Assembly: GCF_009931435.1 (NCBI RefSeq)
Contig: NZ_CP043414.1
DNA from: Escherichia coli
GTDB taxonomy: Bacteria > Pseudomonadota > Gammaproteobacteria > Enterobacterales > Enterobacteriaceae
Reading direction: 5' to 3' (one strand)
DNA: 64,000 nucleotides
Made by a program: the position numbers and the translations under genes. A model generated the notes under the pieces. It searched no databases. It had not been told where the DNA came from and saw only the letters and a list, made by a program, of their open reading frames with translations. Positions 1-17,275 of the stretch are shown here, in pieces (the first letter of the stretch is position 1; each line of letters begins with the position of its first letter).

Positions 1-2
1 TG

Positions 3-245
3 CTGAAAGCAGGGAGGCAAAGCGGGGAAAGCGGAGTCGATCGTTACTTTGAGCAACAGGTTTCGCTGGCGGCATTTACCGATGCAACGGCAACCACACT
101 TGATGATATACCCGTTACCTGGGCCAGCACGCCAGCGCGGGAACTTGGTACCACACTTGCGGATCGCATGATGCAAAAAATCACCCATGAAGAGACGCAT
201 TCACGCAATCTTATTATTCCCGCCCGGCTCATTGCGGCGAAATAA
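3..245 (+). CDS. malI: MalI maltose regulon repressor (LacI family), 3' end only (5' end lies outside the window)
   Basis: Open frame from the window edge to TAA at 243-245. Sits upstream of hdhA, where malI lies in E. coli K-12 (from memory). C-terminal residues ...IIPARLIAAK. Confidence 0.55.
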   Translation: MKAGRQSGESGVDRYFEQQVSLAAFTDATATTLDDIPVTWASTPARELGTTLADRMMQKITHEETHSRNLIIPARLIAAK

Positions 246-356
246 TCCTCTCTTTATCTGCTATACCTGGTAGTGTCCTTTCCTCAAGGTTAATGATAAA
301 AAATGTGGCACACAGGCGGTGCCTTTTATTTTTACTGAAGTTCACAGGAGGTTTAT

Positions 357-1124
357 GTGTTTAATTCTGACAACCTGAGACTCGACGGAAAATGCGCCAT
401 CATTACAGGTGCGGGTGCAGGTATTGGTAAAGAAATCGCCATTACATTCGCGACAGCTGGCGCATCTGTGGTGGTCAGTGATATTAACGCCGATGCAGCT
501 AATCATGTTGTAGATGAAATTCAACAACTGGGTGGTCAGGCATTTGCCTGCCGCTGCGATATTACTTCCGAACAGGAACTCTCTGCACTGGCAGACTTTG
601 CCGTCAGTAAGCTGGGTAAAGTTGATATCCTGGTTAACAACGCCGGTGGCGGTGGTCCTAAACCGTTTGATATGCCAATGGCAGATTTTCGCCGTGCTTA
701 TGAACTGAATGTATTTTCTTTTTTCCATCTGTCACAACTTGTTGCGCCAGAAATGGAAAAAAATGGCGGTGGCGTTATTCTGACCATTACTTCTATGGCG
801 GCAGAAAATAAAAATATAAACATGACCTCCTATGCATCATCTAAAGCTGCGGCCAGTCATCTGGTCAGAAATATGGCGTTTGACCTGGGTGAAAAAAATA
901 TTCGGGTGAATGGCATTGCGCCGGGGGCAATATTAACCGATGCCCTGAAATCCGTTATTACCCCAGAAATTGAACAGAAAATGTTGCAACACACACCAAT
1001 CAGACGTCTGGGCCAACCGCAAGATATTGCTAACGCGGCGCTGTTCCTTTGCTCGCCTGCAGCCAGCTGGGTAAGCGGACAAATCCTCACGGTCTCCGGT
1101 GGGGGGGTACAGGAGCTCAATTAA
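357..1124 (+). CDS. hdhA: 7-alpha-hydroxysteroid dehydrogenase (SDR family), GTG start
   Basis: 255-aa ORF. Rossmann motif TGAGAGIGKE. Sequence MFNSDNLRLDGKCAIITGAG... is recognised as E. coli HdhA. Confidence 0.95.
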   Translation: MFNSDNLRLDGKCAIITGAGAGIGKEIAITFATAGASVVVSDINADAANHVVDEIQQLGGQAFACRCDITSEQELSALADFAVSKLGKVDILVNNAGGGGPKPFDMPMADFRRAYELNVFSFFHLSQLVAPEMEKNGGGVILTITSMAAENKNINMTSYASSKAAASHLVRNMAFDLGEKNIRVNGIAPGAILTDALKSVITPEIEQKMLQHTPIRRLGQPQDIANAALFLCSPAASWVSGQILTVSGGGVQELN

Positions 1125-1344
1125 TACACTAACGGACCGGTAAACAACCGTCCGTGTTGTTTACCGGGATAAACTCATCAACGTCTCTGCTAAACAACTG
1201 GCAACCAAATCACGGCTATTGGTTAACCAATTTGCGAGTGAAAAGTATACGAATAGAGTGTGCCTTCGCACTATTCAACAGCAATGATAGGCGCTCACCT
1301 GACAACGCGGTAAACTAGTTATTCACGCTAACTATAATGGTTTA

Positions 1345-1935
1345 ATGATGGATAACATGCAGACTGAAGCACAACCGACACGGACCCGGATCCTCAATGC
1401 TGCCAGAGAGATTTTTTCAGAAAATGGATTTCACAGTGCCTCGATGAAAGCCATCTGTAAATCCTGCGCCATTAGTCCCGGGACGCTCTATCACCATTTC
1501 ATCTCCAAAGAAGCCTTGATTCAGGCGATTATCTTACAGGACCAGGAGAGGGCGCTGGCCCGTTTCCGGGAACCGATTGAAGGGATTCATTTCGTTGACT
1601 ATATGGTCGAGTCTATTGTCTCTCTCACCCATGAGGCCTTTGGGCAACGGGCGCTGGTGGTCGAAATTATGGCGGAAGGGATGCGTAACCCACAGGTCGC
1701 CGCCATGCTTAAAAATAAGCATATGACGATCACGGAATTTGTTGCCCAGCGGATGCGTGATGCCCAGCAAAAAGGCGAGATAAGCCCAGACATCAACACG
1801 GCAATGACTTCACGTTTACTGCTGGATCTGACCTACGGTGTACTGGCCGATATCGAAGCGGAAGATCTGGCGCGTGAAGCGTCGTTTGCTCAGGGATTAC
1901 GCGCGATGATTGGCGGTATCTTAACCGCATCCTGA
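1345..1935 (+). CDS. uidR: TetR-family repressor of the uid operon
   Basis: 196 aa with a TetR helix-turn-helix N-terminus. Lies directly upstream of uidA. Confidence 0.93.
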   Translation: MMDNMQTEAQPTRTRILNAAREIFSENGFHSASMKAICKSCAISPGTLYHHFISKEALIQAIILQDQERALARFREPIEGIHFVDYMVESIVSLTHEAFGQRALVVEIMAEGMRNPQVAAMLKNKHMTITEFVAQRMRDAQQKGEISPDINTAMTSRLLLDLTYGVLADIEAEDLAREASFAQGLRAMIGGILTAS

Positions 1936-2272
1936 TTCTCTCTCTTTCCGCGGGCTGGTGACAACTGAGCCCGCGTTTCATATCGTAATTTCTCTGTGCA
2001 AAAATTATCCTTCCCGGGTTCGGAGAATTCCCCCCAAAATATTCGTCGTAGCCATATGTCATGAGAGTTTATCGTTTTTAAGATACCCGAACGAACGTTC
2101 GATTGCTTATTTTATGGCTTCTGTCAACGCTGTTTTAAAGATTAATGCGATCTATATCACGCTGTGGGTATTGCAGTTTTTGGTTTTTTGATCGCGGTGT
2201 CAGTTCTTTTTATTTCCATTTCTCTTCCATGGGTTTCTCACAGATAACTGTGTGCAACACAGAATTGGTTAA

Positions 2273-5505
<3,233 letters not shown>

Positions 5506-5543
5506 TATTCAATAAAAATAATCAGAACATCAAAGGTGCAACT

Positions 5544-6809
5544 ATGAGAAAAATAGTGGCCATGGCCGTTATTTGCCTGACGGCTGCCTCTGGCCTTACC
5601 TCTGCTTACGCGGCGCAACTGGCTGACGATGAAGCGGGACTACGCATCAGACTGAAAAACGAATTGCGCAGGGCGGATAAGCCCAGTGCTGGCGCGGGAA
5701 GAGATATATACGCATGGGTACAGGGAGGATTGCTCGATTTCAATAGTGGTTATTATTCCAATATTATTGGCGTTGAAGGCGGGGCGTATTATGTTTATAA
5801 ATTAGGTGCTCGTGCTGATATGAGTACCCGGTGGTATCTTGATGGTGATAAAAGTTTTGGCTTTGCCCTGGGTGCAGTAAAAATAAAACCCAGTGAAAAT
5901 AGCCTGCTTAAATTAGGTCGCTTCGGGACGGATTATAGTTATGGTAGCTTACCTTATCGTATTCCGTTAATGGCTGGCAGTTCGCAACGTACATTACCGA
6001 CAGTTTCTGAAGGAGCATTAGGTTACTGGGCTTTAACGCCAAATATTGATCTGTGGGGAATGTGGCGGTCACGAGTATTTTTATGGACCGATTCAACAAC
6101 CGGTATTCGTGATGAAGGGGTTTATAACAGCCAGACGGGAAAATACGATAAACATCGCGCACGTTCTTTTTTAGCCGCCAGTTGGCATGATGATACCAGT
6201 CGCTATTCTCTGGGGGCATCGGTACAGAAAGATGTTTCCAATCAGATACAAAGTATTCTCGAGAAAAGCATACCGCTCGACCCGAATTATACGTTGAAAG
6301 GGGAGTTGCTCGGCTTTTACGCGCAACTCGAAGGTTTAAGTCGTAATACCAGCCAGCCCAATGAAACGGCGTTGGTTAGTGGACAATTGACCTGGAATGC
6401 GCCGTGGGGAAGCGTATTTGGCAGTGGTGGTTATTTGCGCCATGCAATGAATGGTGCCGTGGTGGACACCGACATTGGCTATCCCTTTTCATTAAGTCTT
6501 GATCGTAACCGTGAAGGAATGCAGTCCTGGCAATTGGGCGTCAATTATCGTTTAACTCCGCAATTTACGCTGACATTTGCACCGATTGTGACTCGCGGCT
6601 ATGAATCCAGTAAACGAGATGTGCGGATTGAAGGCGCGGTTATCTTAGGTGGTATGAACTATCGGGTCAGCGAAGGGCCGTTACAAGGGATGAATTTCTT
6701 TCTTGCTGCCGATAAAGGGCGGGAAAAGCGCGATGGCAGTACACTGGGCGATCGCCTGAATTACTGGGATGTGAAAATGAGTATTCAGTATGACTTTATG
6801 CTGAAGTAA
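5544..6809 (+). CDS. uidC: outer-membrane porin for glucuronides
   Basis: 421 aa with signal peptide MRKIVAMAVICLTAASGLTSAYA. Beta-rich and ends in F/L. Third gene of the uid operon. Confidence 0.9.
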   Translation: MRKIVAMAVICLTAASGLTSAYAAQLADDEAGLRIRLKNELRRADKPSAGAGRDIYAWVQGGLLDFNSGYYSNIIGVEGGAYYVYKLGARADMSTRWYLDGDKSFGFALGAVKIKPSENSLLKLGRFGTDYSYGSLPYRIPLMAGSSQRTLPTVSEGALGYWALTPNIDLWGMWRSRVFLWTDSTTGIRDEGVYNSQTGKYDKHRARSFLAASWHDDTSRYSLGASVQKDVSNQIQSILEKSIPLDPNYTLKGELLGFYAQLEGLSRNTSQPNETALVSGQLTWNAPWGSVFGSGGYLRHAMNGAVVDTDIGYPFSLSLDRNREGMQSWQLGVNYRLTPQFTLTFAPIVTRGYESSKRDVRIEGAVILGGMNYRVSEGPLQGMNFFLAADKGREKRDGSTLGDRLNYWDVKMSIQYDFMLK

Positions 6810-6810
6810 G

Positions 6811-6845
6811 AAAAAACGCCGGAGAGAAAAATCTCCGGCATTTTG
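6811..6845. terminator. bidirectional intrinsic terminator between convergent uidC and ydgA
   Basis: Hairpin gccggagagaaaaatctccggc with an A-run on one side and a T-run on the other. Confidence 0.7.
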
Positions 6846-6853
6846 GCTGTGAA

Positions 6854-8362
6854 TTACTGCTGCGGAATAGCGGGTACAGCCGGAACGTTTAATGCCGGCA
6901 TCGCAAACATGCCAACAAAATCTTCCAGTGGCATTTTCTGGCCGTTTAACGTGATCTGACCGTTAGCATATTGCAGGCTGGTGGTGATGGTATTGTCCTG
7001 CAAGGTGGTCAGACGGAACATCTGCCCCATTGCTGATGCACCTTCAACTTGCTGTTTCGCCAGTTTTTTCGCTTGATCTTCCTGATAACCTTCCAGCTTC
7101 GCTACCTGAGTCATCAACTCAGTTGCCATATCCACCGGAATGGTCAGTTTCGCATCCAGAGATTTAACCGAGCGGTCTACTTCCTGTGCCAGCGTTTGCG
7201 GCGCTTCTTTTGTCGTTGCCGGATCTTTCAGGAACAGCGACAGATTCAACGCACTTTCACCCTGACTGTTTTTCCAGCTTAACGGCGCGATAGTGATCAC
7301 CGGATCGCCTTTCAACATCAGCGGCAGGGCGCTAAAGAAGGCTTCCGTCACTTTCTCCTGATAAAGTTCGGGATTGTTGGCAATCTCTGGCTGTGCCAGA
7401 AGCGCCTGAGTTTGCGCGTTATATTGCTGACTAAACTGATGCCAGGCTTCGCCATCAATCTGGCCGACTTTTAAAGTCAGCTTGCCGCTGCCCAGATCCT
7501 GATTCTGTACCTTAAGGCTATTTAGCGAGTAATCCAGTTGGCTATTGATCGTTTTACCGTCATTGACCAGATCCGATTTACCGCTGATCTCCATGCCTTC
7601 CAGCAGTGCCAGTTCTTTGCCTTCCACTGAAATGGTCATTTTCTCCAGCGACAGTTTTTGGTTTCCTACGCGCTCACCAAAACTTGCCAGCGTGCTGGAA
7701 CCGTCGGTTTTCAGATTATTAAAGGTCAACTGCACTTTCTGGTTGTATTCGTTAACCGCGTCTATCCGACCACTTTGCGCCTCCCCTGAAAGGGAGATAG
7801 TTTTACCGTCTCTGTCAGCATTTAACTGGAACTCGCCGCCGCTAAAGGCGACTTTTTCATCCTTTTGCTCGTAATTCAGTGGCTTGAGCGAAATATCGGA
7901 ACTGGAATCACCGCTATAACCAATGCGGGAGTTAATCTCAAAAGGCGTTTCACCCTTTGCCATATCAAACAGTGGCTTGCTTACTTCGTTATTGACCAGC
8001 GTGGTTTGAATTGATGCCATAGACGGGATCAGGTTCAGTTTTTTAAGCTGGGCAAAGGGGAAGGGGCCATGATCAACTGATTCGTTGAAGATGACGCTCT
8101 GACCACTTTTAATCCACGGATTTTCTTTTCCGGCAACGGGTTTCACCAACAGCTGCAACTGGCTGCTGAATACGCCGCGATGATAGTTTTGATAACTTAC
8201 TTCCAGGTTGGATTCAGGAGCTGTCAGTTTGAGTTGCGCGTTCGCCTGCGCGACCATGTCTTCGAGATGGGTTTCTATCTTCTTGCCTGTATACCATGCG
8301 CCGCCTGTCCAGACTACGCCTAGCGCAACAATGACGCCTACCGCTACCAGCGATTTATTCAT
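6854..8362 (-). CDS. ydgA: DUF945 family periplasmic/membrane-anchored protein YdgA
   Basis: 502 aa. N-terminus MNKSLVAVGVIVALGVVWTGGAWYTGKK recognised as YdgA. Confidence 0.9.
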   Translation of the reverse strand: MNKSLVAVGVIVALGVVWTGGAWYTGKKIETHLEDMVAQANAQLKLTAPESNLEVSYQNYHRGVFSSQLQLLVKPVAGKENPWIKSGQSVIFNESVDHGPFPFAQLKKLNLIPSMASIQTTLVNNEVSKPLFDMAKGETPFEINSRIGYSGDSSSDISLKPLNYEQKDEKVAFSGGEFQLNADRDGKTISLSGEAQSGRIDAVNEYNQKVQLTFNNLKTDGSSTLASFGERVGNQKLSLEKMTISVEGKELALLEGMEISGKSDLVNDGKTINSQLDYSLNSLKVQNQDLGSGKLTLKVGQIDGEAWHQFSQQYNAQTQALLAQPEIANNPELYQEKVTEAFFSALPLMLKGDPVITIAPLSWKNSQGESALNLSLFLKDPATTKEAPQTLAQEVDRSVKSLDAKLTIPVDMATELMTQVAKLEGYQEDQAKKLAKQQVEGASAMGQMFRLTTLQDNTITTSLQYANGQITLNGQKMPLEDFVGMFAMPALNVPAVPAIPQQ

Positions 8363-8370
8363 AATGATTA

Positions 8371-8405
8371 TCCATAAAATGAAATCAGGCGGACTGGCCG
8401 CCTGA
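8371..8405 (-). terminator. manA intrinsic terminator
   Basis: Hairpin tcaggcggactggccgcctga followed by a T-run on the minus strand. Confidence 0.6.
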
Positions 8406-8462
8406 AGGTGTTATAAGCCTTTAATAAGCTTAGCAAGAGATGTTAATTTTTTCAGTAAGCTC

Positions 8463-9638
8463 TTACAGCTTGTTGTAAACACGCGCTAAACGGCCGTGGC
8501 CTTTGACAGTCACCGGTGATTCGTTGGCGGCAATAAACGCTGATTCACCCGGTTTAAGCTGTAACTGCTGAGAACCTTTACACAGCGTTGCATCGCCTTC
8601 GACGCAGAACAAAATGGCGGCACTCTGCTGGCTGATGGTGGTTTCTTTATCACTAAGGTCATGCAGCGAGAAGGCAAAATCATCCACCGGAATCGGGAAG
8701 TCCAGTTCTGCACCTTGTTTCACTGGCTGGGTCAACAACTGGTTAGCCGGTTTGGCTTCGAACTTCACGTTGGCAACCAGTTCCGGAATATCAATATATT
8801 TAGGCGTCAGACCCGCACGCAGCACGTTATCGGAGTTCGCCATCACTTCCAGCGCCACACCTTGCAGGTAAGCGTGCGGCGTTTCAGCGAACAGGAACAT
8901 CGCTTCGCCAGGATTCAATTTCACCACATTCAGCAACAGCGGGGAGAACAGACCGCTGTCATCCGGGTAAAATTCAGAAATTAAACGAATCGTTTGCCAC
9001 GGTTCACCCTGCTGACTGTCGAGCGCCGATTTTAAAATCGCCAGCGCGCGGGATTTTTCTTCCCCCTGCATATTCAGCAGGCTGGCGAACAGTTCGCTTA
9101 AACGTTCGGCATCAGGCTGTTGTAAAAAGTGAGCAATCGCCGGATGTGCACCTGCGACTGGCTGGAGTAGGGAGACAATCTCGGAAAACTCACGAAACGC
9201 GTTCATCGCAAGGAAAGGCGTCAGCGCAAAAACCAGCTCCGGCTTGTGGTTAGGATCTTTATAGTTACGCTCAGCGGCATCCATCGGAATACCTGCAGCA
9301 TTTTCTTTGGCAAAACCGATTTCAGAATTGCGTTTGTTTGGATGAACCTGAATGGAGAGCGGCTGTGCTGCGCACAATACTTTGAACAGGAAAGGTAGTT
9401 CGCCAAAGCGTTTGGCAACGGCCTCTCCGAGCAGAGTCGATTTATCACTCTCAATCACATCACGCAGTGAAACGATATCTCCGGCGGCATTCTTCACCTG
9501 TGAACTGCTTTTCGGATGTGCGCCCATCCACAGCTCGGCCATCGGCTGGCTGGACGGATTTTCCATACCATAAAGTTCAGTCAACGCCGTTTTGCTGCCC
9601 CAGGCATAGTTTTGCACTGAGTTAATGAGTTTTTGCAT
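8463..9638 (-). CDS. manA: mannose-6-phosphate isomerase
   Basis: 391 aa starting at MQKLINSVQNYAWGSKTALTELYG. The six-frame ORF extends 26 aa further upstream, but the ManA N-terminus is recognised at this ATG. Confidence 0.95.
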   Translation of the reverse strand: MQKLINSVQNYAWGSKTALTELYGMENPSSQPMAELWMGAHPKSSSQVKNAAGDIVSLRDVIESDKSTLLGEAVAKRFGELPFLFKVLCAAQPLSIQVHPNKRNSEIGFAKENAAGIPMDAAERNYKDPNHKPELVFALTPFLAMNAFREFSEIVSLLQPVAGAHPAIAHFLQQPDAERLSELFASLLNMQGEEKSRALAILKSALDSQQGEPWQTIRLISEFYPDDSGLFSPLLLNVVKLNPGEAMFLFAETPHAYLQGVALEVMANSDNVLRAGLTPKYIDIPELVANVKFEAKPANQLLTQPVKQGAELDFPIPVDDFAFSLHDLSDKETTISQQSAAILFCVEGDATLCKGSQQLQLKPGESAFIAANESPVTVKGHGRLARVYNKL

Positions 9639-9836
9639 GATCAATCCCTGTTTAAATGTGGAAATTAATCCCGCTATTAAAGCAAGAATCCTACGGGAAG
9701 TAACCTGGAGCAGCAAAAAGTCGTACTAGTCTCAGTTTTTGTTAAAAAAGTGTGTAGGATATTGTTACTCGCTTTTAACAGGGCAACGGAACACCCGCCC
9801 AGAGCATAACCAAACCAGGCAGTAAGTGAGAGAACA

Positions 9837-11483
9837 ATGTCAAACAAACCCTTTCATTATCAGGCTCCTTTTCCACTCAAAAAAGATGATACTGAGTATT
9901 ACCTGCTAACCAGCGAACACGTTAGCGTATCTGAATTTGAAGGGCAGGAGATTTTGAAAGTCGCACCCGAAGCGTTAACTTTGTTGGCGCGTCAAGCGTT
10001 TCATGATGCGTCATTTATGCTGCGTCCGGCTCACCAACAACAGGTGGCCGACATTCTGCGTGACCCGGAAGCCAGCGAAAATGATAAATATGTGGCGCTG
10101 CAATTCCTGCGTAACTCCGACATCGCGGCAAAAGGCGTTCTGCCAACCTGTCAGGATACCGGCACCGCGATTATTGTTGGTAAAAAAGGGCAGCGTGTAT
10201 GGACCGGTGGCGGTGATGAAGCAGCGCTGGCGCGCGGTGTCTATAACACTTATATCGAGGATAATCTGCGCTACTCGCAAAACGCGCCGCTGGATATGTA
10301 TAAAGAGGTGAATACCGGCACTAACTTACCAGCGCAGATCGATCTTTATGCCGTTGATGGTGACGAGTACAAGTTCCTCTGTATCGCCAAAGGTGGCGGT
10401 TCGGCAAACAAGACGTATCTCTATCAGGAAACCAAAGCGTTACTGACGCCGGGGAAACTGAAAAATTACCTGGTTGAGAAGATGCGCACGCTGGGTACGG
10501 CGGCCTGTCCTCCGTATCATATTGCGTTCGTTATTGGTGGAACTTCTGCAGAAACGAATCTTAAAACGGTGAAACTGGCTTCCGCTAAATACTATGATGA
10601 ACTGCCAACGGAAGGAAATGAGCACGGTCAGGCGTTCCGCGATGTGGAACTTGAAAAAGAATTGCTGATCGAAGCGCAAAATCTTGGTCTGGGTGCGCAG
10701 TTTGGTGGTAAATACTTCGCTCACGACATCCGCGTGATTCGCCTGCCACGTCACGGCGCATCCTGCCCGGTCGGTATGGGCGTCTCCTGTTCTGCTGACC
10801 GTAATATCAAAGCGAAGATCAACCGTCAGGGGATCTGGATCGAAAAACTGGAACATAATCCAGGCAAATATATCCCGGAAGAGCTGCGCAAAGCGGGAGA
10901 AGGCGAAGCGGTGCGCGTTGACCTTAACCGTCCGATGAAAGAGATCCTCGCACAGTTGTCGCAGTATCCCGTTTCTACACGCTTATCGCTGAATGGCACG
11001 ATTATCGTCGGTCGTGATATTGCTCACGCCAAACTGAAAGAGCGGATGGATAACGGTGAAGGGCTGCCGCAGTACATCAAAGATCATCCGATTTACTATG
11101 CGGGTCCGGCCAAAACGCCGGAAGGTTATGCCTCCGGTTCTCTTGGCCCAACGACCGCCGGACGGATGGATTCTTATGTCGATCAACTGCAAGCGCAGGG
11201 CGGCAGTATGATCATGCTGGCGAAAGGCAACCGCAGCCAGCAGGTGACGGATGCCTGTAAAAAACACGGCGGTTTCTACCTCGGTAGTATCGGTGGTCCG
11301 GCAGCAGTATTGGCGCAGGGAAGTATTAAGAGCCTGGAATGTGTTGAATATCCGGAACTGGGAATGGAAGCCATCTGGAAAATTGAAGTAGAAGATTTCC
11401 CGGCGTTTATCCTTGTGGATGATAAAGGAAATGACTTCTTCCAGCAGATACAACTCACACAGTGCACCCGCTGTGTGAAATAA
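9837..11483 (+). CDS. fumA: fumarase A (class I, Fe-S)
   Basis: 548 aa. [42 protein letters not shown] recognised as FumA. Confidence 0.96.
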   Translation: MSNKPFHYQAPFPLKKDDTEYYLLTSEHVSVSEFEGQEILKVAPEALTLLARQAFHDASFMLRPAHQQQVADILRDPEASENDKYVALQFLRNSDIAAKGVLPTCQDTGTAIIVGKKGQRVWTGGGDEAALARGVYNTYIEDNLRYSQNAPLDMYKEVNTGTNLPAQIDLYAVDGDEYKFLCIAKGGGSANKTYLYQETKALLTPGKLKNYLVEKMRTLGTAACPPYHIAFVIGGTSAETNLKTVKLASAKYYDELPTEGNEHGQAFRDVELEKELLIEAQNLGLGAQFGGKYFAHDIRVIRLPRHGASCPVGMGVSCSADRNIKAKINRQGIWIEKLEHNPGKYIPEELRKAGEGEAVRVDLNRPMKEILAQLSQYPVSTRLSLNGTIIVGRDIAHAKLKERMDNGEGLPQYIKDHPIYYAGPAKTPEGYASGSLGPTTAGRMDSYVDQLQAQGGSMIMLAKGNRSQQVTDACKKHGGFYLGSIGGPAAVLAQGSIKSLECVEYPELGMEAIWKIEVEDFPAFILVDDKGNDFFQQIQLTQCTRCVK

Positions 11484-11486
11484 ACA

Positions 11487-11512
11487 GAGCCGCCCTTCGG
11501 GGCGGTTTTTTT
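11487..11512 (+). terminator. fumA intrinsic terminator
   Basis: Hairpin gccgcccttcggggcggt followed by T7. Confidence 0.75.
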
Positions 11513-11625
11513 ACATGGCACGAAAGACCAAACATTTGTTATCAAATAGTAAATAATGAGTGAGCTAAAAGTTGCTTAACGAAAGCAAAACAGAAAGAAA
11601 AAATTAATCAGGTGAGGAGCAGGCC

Positions 11626-15333
<3,708 letters not shown>

Positions 15334-15336
15334 CGC

Positions 15337-16056
15337 TTATTCCCATGCATGAGGCGCAAAAAGATAGCCTTTGTTACGCACAGTTTTAATGCGATAAGGT
15401 TCTGCGGCGTTATCGAGCAGTTTTTTTCTTAATCGCGAAATAGCCACATCCACGCTACGATCCAGACCATCATAACTGACGCCACGTAAGTTCTTCAGCA
15501 ATGCATCGCGGTCCATGATTTGCCCGGCATGAGTGGCTAATTCCCACAATAATTCGAAATCAGCCGTCGAGAGCGAGATTTCAGCATTAGCCAGAGTGAC
15601 TACGCGGTTGATGGGATCGATAGTCAACGTGCCGAAATGCATGGCTTTGTAGGGAGTCAGCGTCGTTTCCTGAAGACCTTTGCTCAGTGTGGCTTGCTCA
15701 TTCTGACGCAAATGCAAACGTAAACGCGCTAACAAAACAGCAGGGGGCGTCGTTTTGAGAATATAGTCGCAGGCACCCATTTCTAGTGCCAGGATGTGGT
15801 TCATATCGCTATCGAGAGAGGTTAGAAGAACAATCGGTCCGGACCACTTTGCGCGTAAATCACGACAAATGGTCATGCCGTCCTTGCCTGGTAGCATGAT
15901 ATCGAGTAACACCAAATCCGGATTTTCTCGCAGAATAGTTTCTTCGGCCTGGTCGCCGCGCGGCTCTACGGTAACCTGCATATCATGTTTTGCCAGGTAC
16001 GCGGCAATCAGTGAACCGACTTCCGCATCATCTTCCACAAATACGATAGTGTTCAT
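15337..16056 (-). CDS. rstA: OmpR-family response regulator RstA
   Basis: 239 aa from MNTIVFVEDD. Receiver domain plus winged-helix output domain. The six-frame ORF extends 20 aa further upstream. Confidence 0.92.
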   Translation of the reverse strand: MNTIVFVEDDAEVGSLIAAYLAKHDMQVTVEPRGDQAEETILRENPDLVLLDIMLPGKDGMTICRDLRAKWSGPIVLLTSLDSDMNHILALEMGACDYILKTTPPAVLLARLRLHLRQNEQATLSKGLQETTLTPYKAMHFGTLTIDPINRVVTLANAEISLSTADFELLWELATHAGQIMDRDALLKNLRGVSYDGLDRSVDVAISRLRKKLLDNAAEPYRIKTVRNKGYLFAPHAWE

Positions 16057-16184
16057 ATTATTCACGGTAGATATAAAAACGTCACAATACACCGCGCTGT
16101 TTTTACTTACTATCAATCGTTTCTAAACAAGGTTTCATCAGGTATTCTACTGGTGACTTGTTATGGAAGTGTTAAGGTAAAAAG

Positions 16185-16520
16185 ATGGGGCTGGTAATCA
16201 AAGCCGCGCTCGGTGCGCTGGTAGTGCTGTTGATTGGTGTTTTAGCAAAAACGAAAAATTATTATATCGCCGGGCTGATTCCACTTTTCCCGACCTTTGC
16301 GCTCATCGCGCATTATATTGTTGCCAGCGAACGCGGCATTGAAGCCTTACGCGCAACCATCATTTTTAGCATGTGGTCGATTATTCCCTATTTTGTTTAC
16401 CTGGCGTCGCTGTGGTATTTCACCGGAATGATGCGCTTGCCCGCCGCTTTTGTTGGTTCTGTTGCATGCTGGGGGATAAGCGCATGGGTGTTGATTATAT
16501 GCTGGATTAAGCTGCATTAA
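16185..16520 (+). CDS. ydgC: GlpM-family inner membrane protein
   Basis: 111 aa with four predicted helices. Recognised as YdgC. Confidence 0.85.
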   Translation: MGLVIKAALGALVVLLIGVLAKTKNYYIAGLIPLFPTFALIAHYIVASERGIEALRATIIFSMWSIIPYFVYLASLWYFTGMMRLPAAFVGSVACWGISAWVLIICWIKLH

Positions 16521-17239
16521 CGCAGATGACGACCGCCATCAAGAGGGAAACTGCGTCCGGTGACAAAGCAGCTGGTAAGTAAGTAATCGACCAGGTCGAT
16601 CACTTCTTTCTCGCCAGGCGCGGTTTTCATCAGTGATTTATTCAGCGCCTGTTGTCGATATTCGGCATCATCATGCTCATTAAACAGGATCAGCGATGGC
16701 GCAATAGAATTCACTTTCACTTCCGGTGCCAGCTTGCGGGCAAACGAGCGGGTCATATTATCCAGTGCCGCTTTGCTTGCAGCATAGGCAATATGTTTGT
16801 CGCTACCGCGCTCCACCACATAATCGGTAAAGTGAATGATATCGCTGGCGGCGTGTCCGTGCCCACGCAGTAATCTTTCCAGCGCGTGGTTAAGTAGGTA
16901 TGGGACATTAACGTGGATCTGCATCATGCAGGCCAGTACGTCGGTGAGTGGCATACCTGGTTTTTCTGCCATCCACGCACTGGCATTGTGCAACACCGCA
17001 CGCAGGCCGTGGGTGCTTTTTAGCACTTCATCGGCAAACGCCATCACACCGTCGTTGGTCGAAAAATCAGCCTGAATACACAGCGCACCCGCATTCATCA
17101 GCCCATCAATGGCAGGATAGTGTGTCCGATAGCTGACTATCACCGGTTGCTTTTGATTAATGAAATGCCATGCGAGGGCGAGGCCGATGCGACGGCCGCC
17201 TCCAGTAATTAATATTGGCAAGGGCTGGGTTTTACCCAT
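16517..17239 (-). CDS. folM: dihydromonapterin/dihydrofolate reductase (SDR)
   Basis: 240 aa. TGGGRRIG Rossmann motif. Recognised as FolM. Confidence 0.92.
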   Translation of the reverse strand: MGKTQPLPILITGGGRRIGLALAWHFINQKQPVIVSYRTHYPAIDGLMNAGALCIQADFSTNDGVMAFADEVLKSTHGLRAVLHNASAWMAEKPGMPLTDVLACMMQIHVNVPYLLNHALERLLRGHGHAASDIIHFTDYVVERGSDKHIAYAASKAALDNMTRSFARKLAPEVKVNSIAPSLILFNEHDDAEYRQQALNKSLMKTAPGEKEVIDLVDYLLTSCFVTGRSFPLDGGRHLR

Positions 17240-17275
17240 CGTTATCTCCTTTGCTATCCAACGATGGGATGAACG

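Noticed and set aside
342-728. 128-aa minus-strand ORF
   Set aside because: Lies entirely antisense within hdhA, which is confidently identified.
9725-9836. manA-fumA divergent intergenic region inspected for small RNAs or repeats
   Set aside because: Only promoter-like AT-rich sequence. Nothing beyond the expected divergent promoters.
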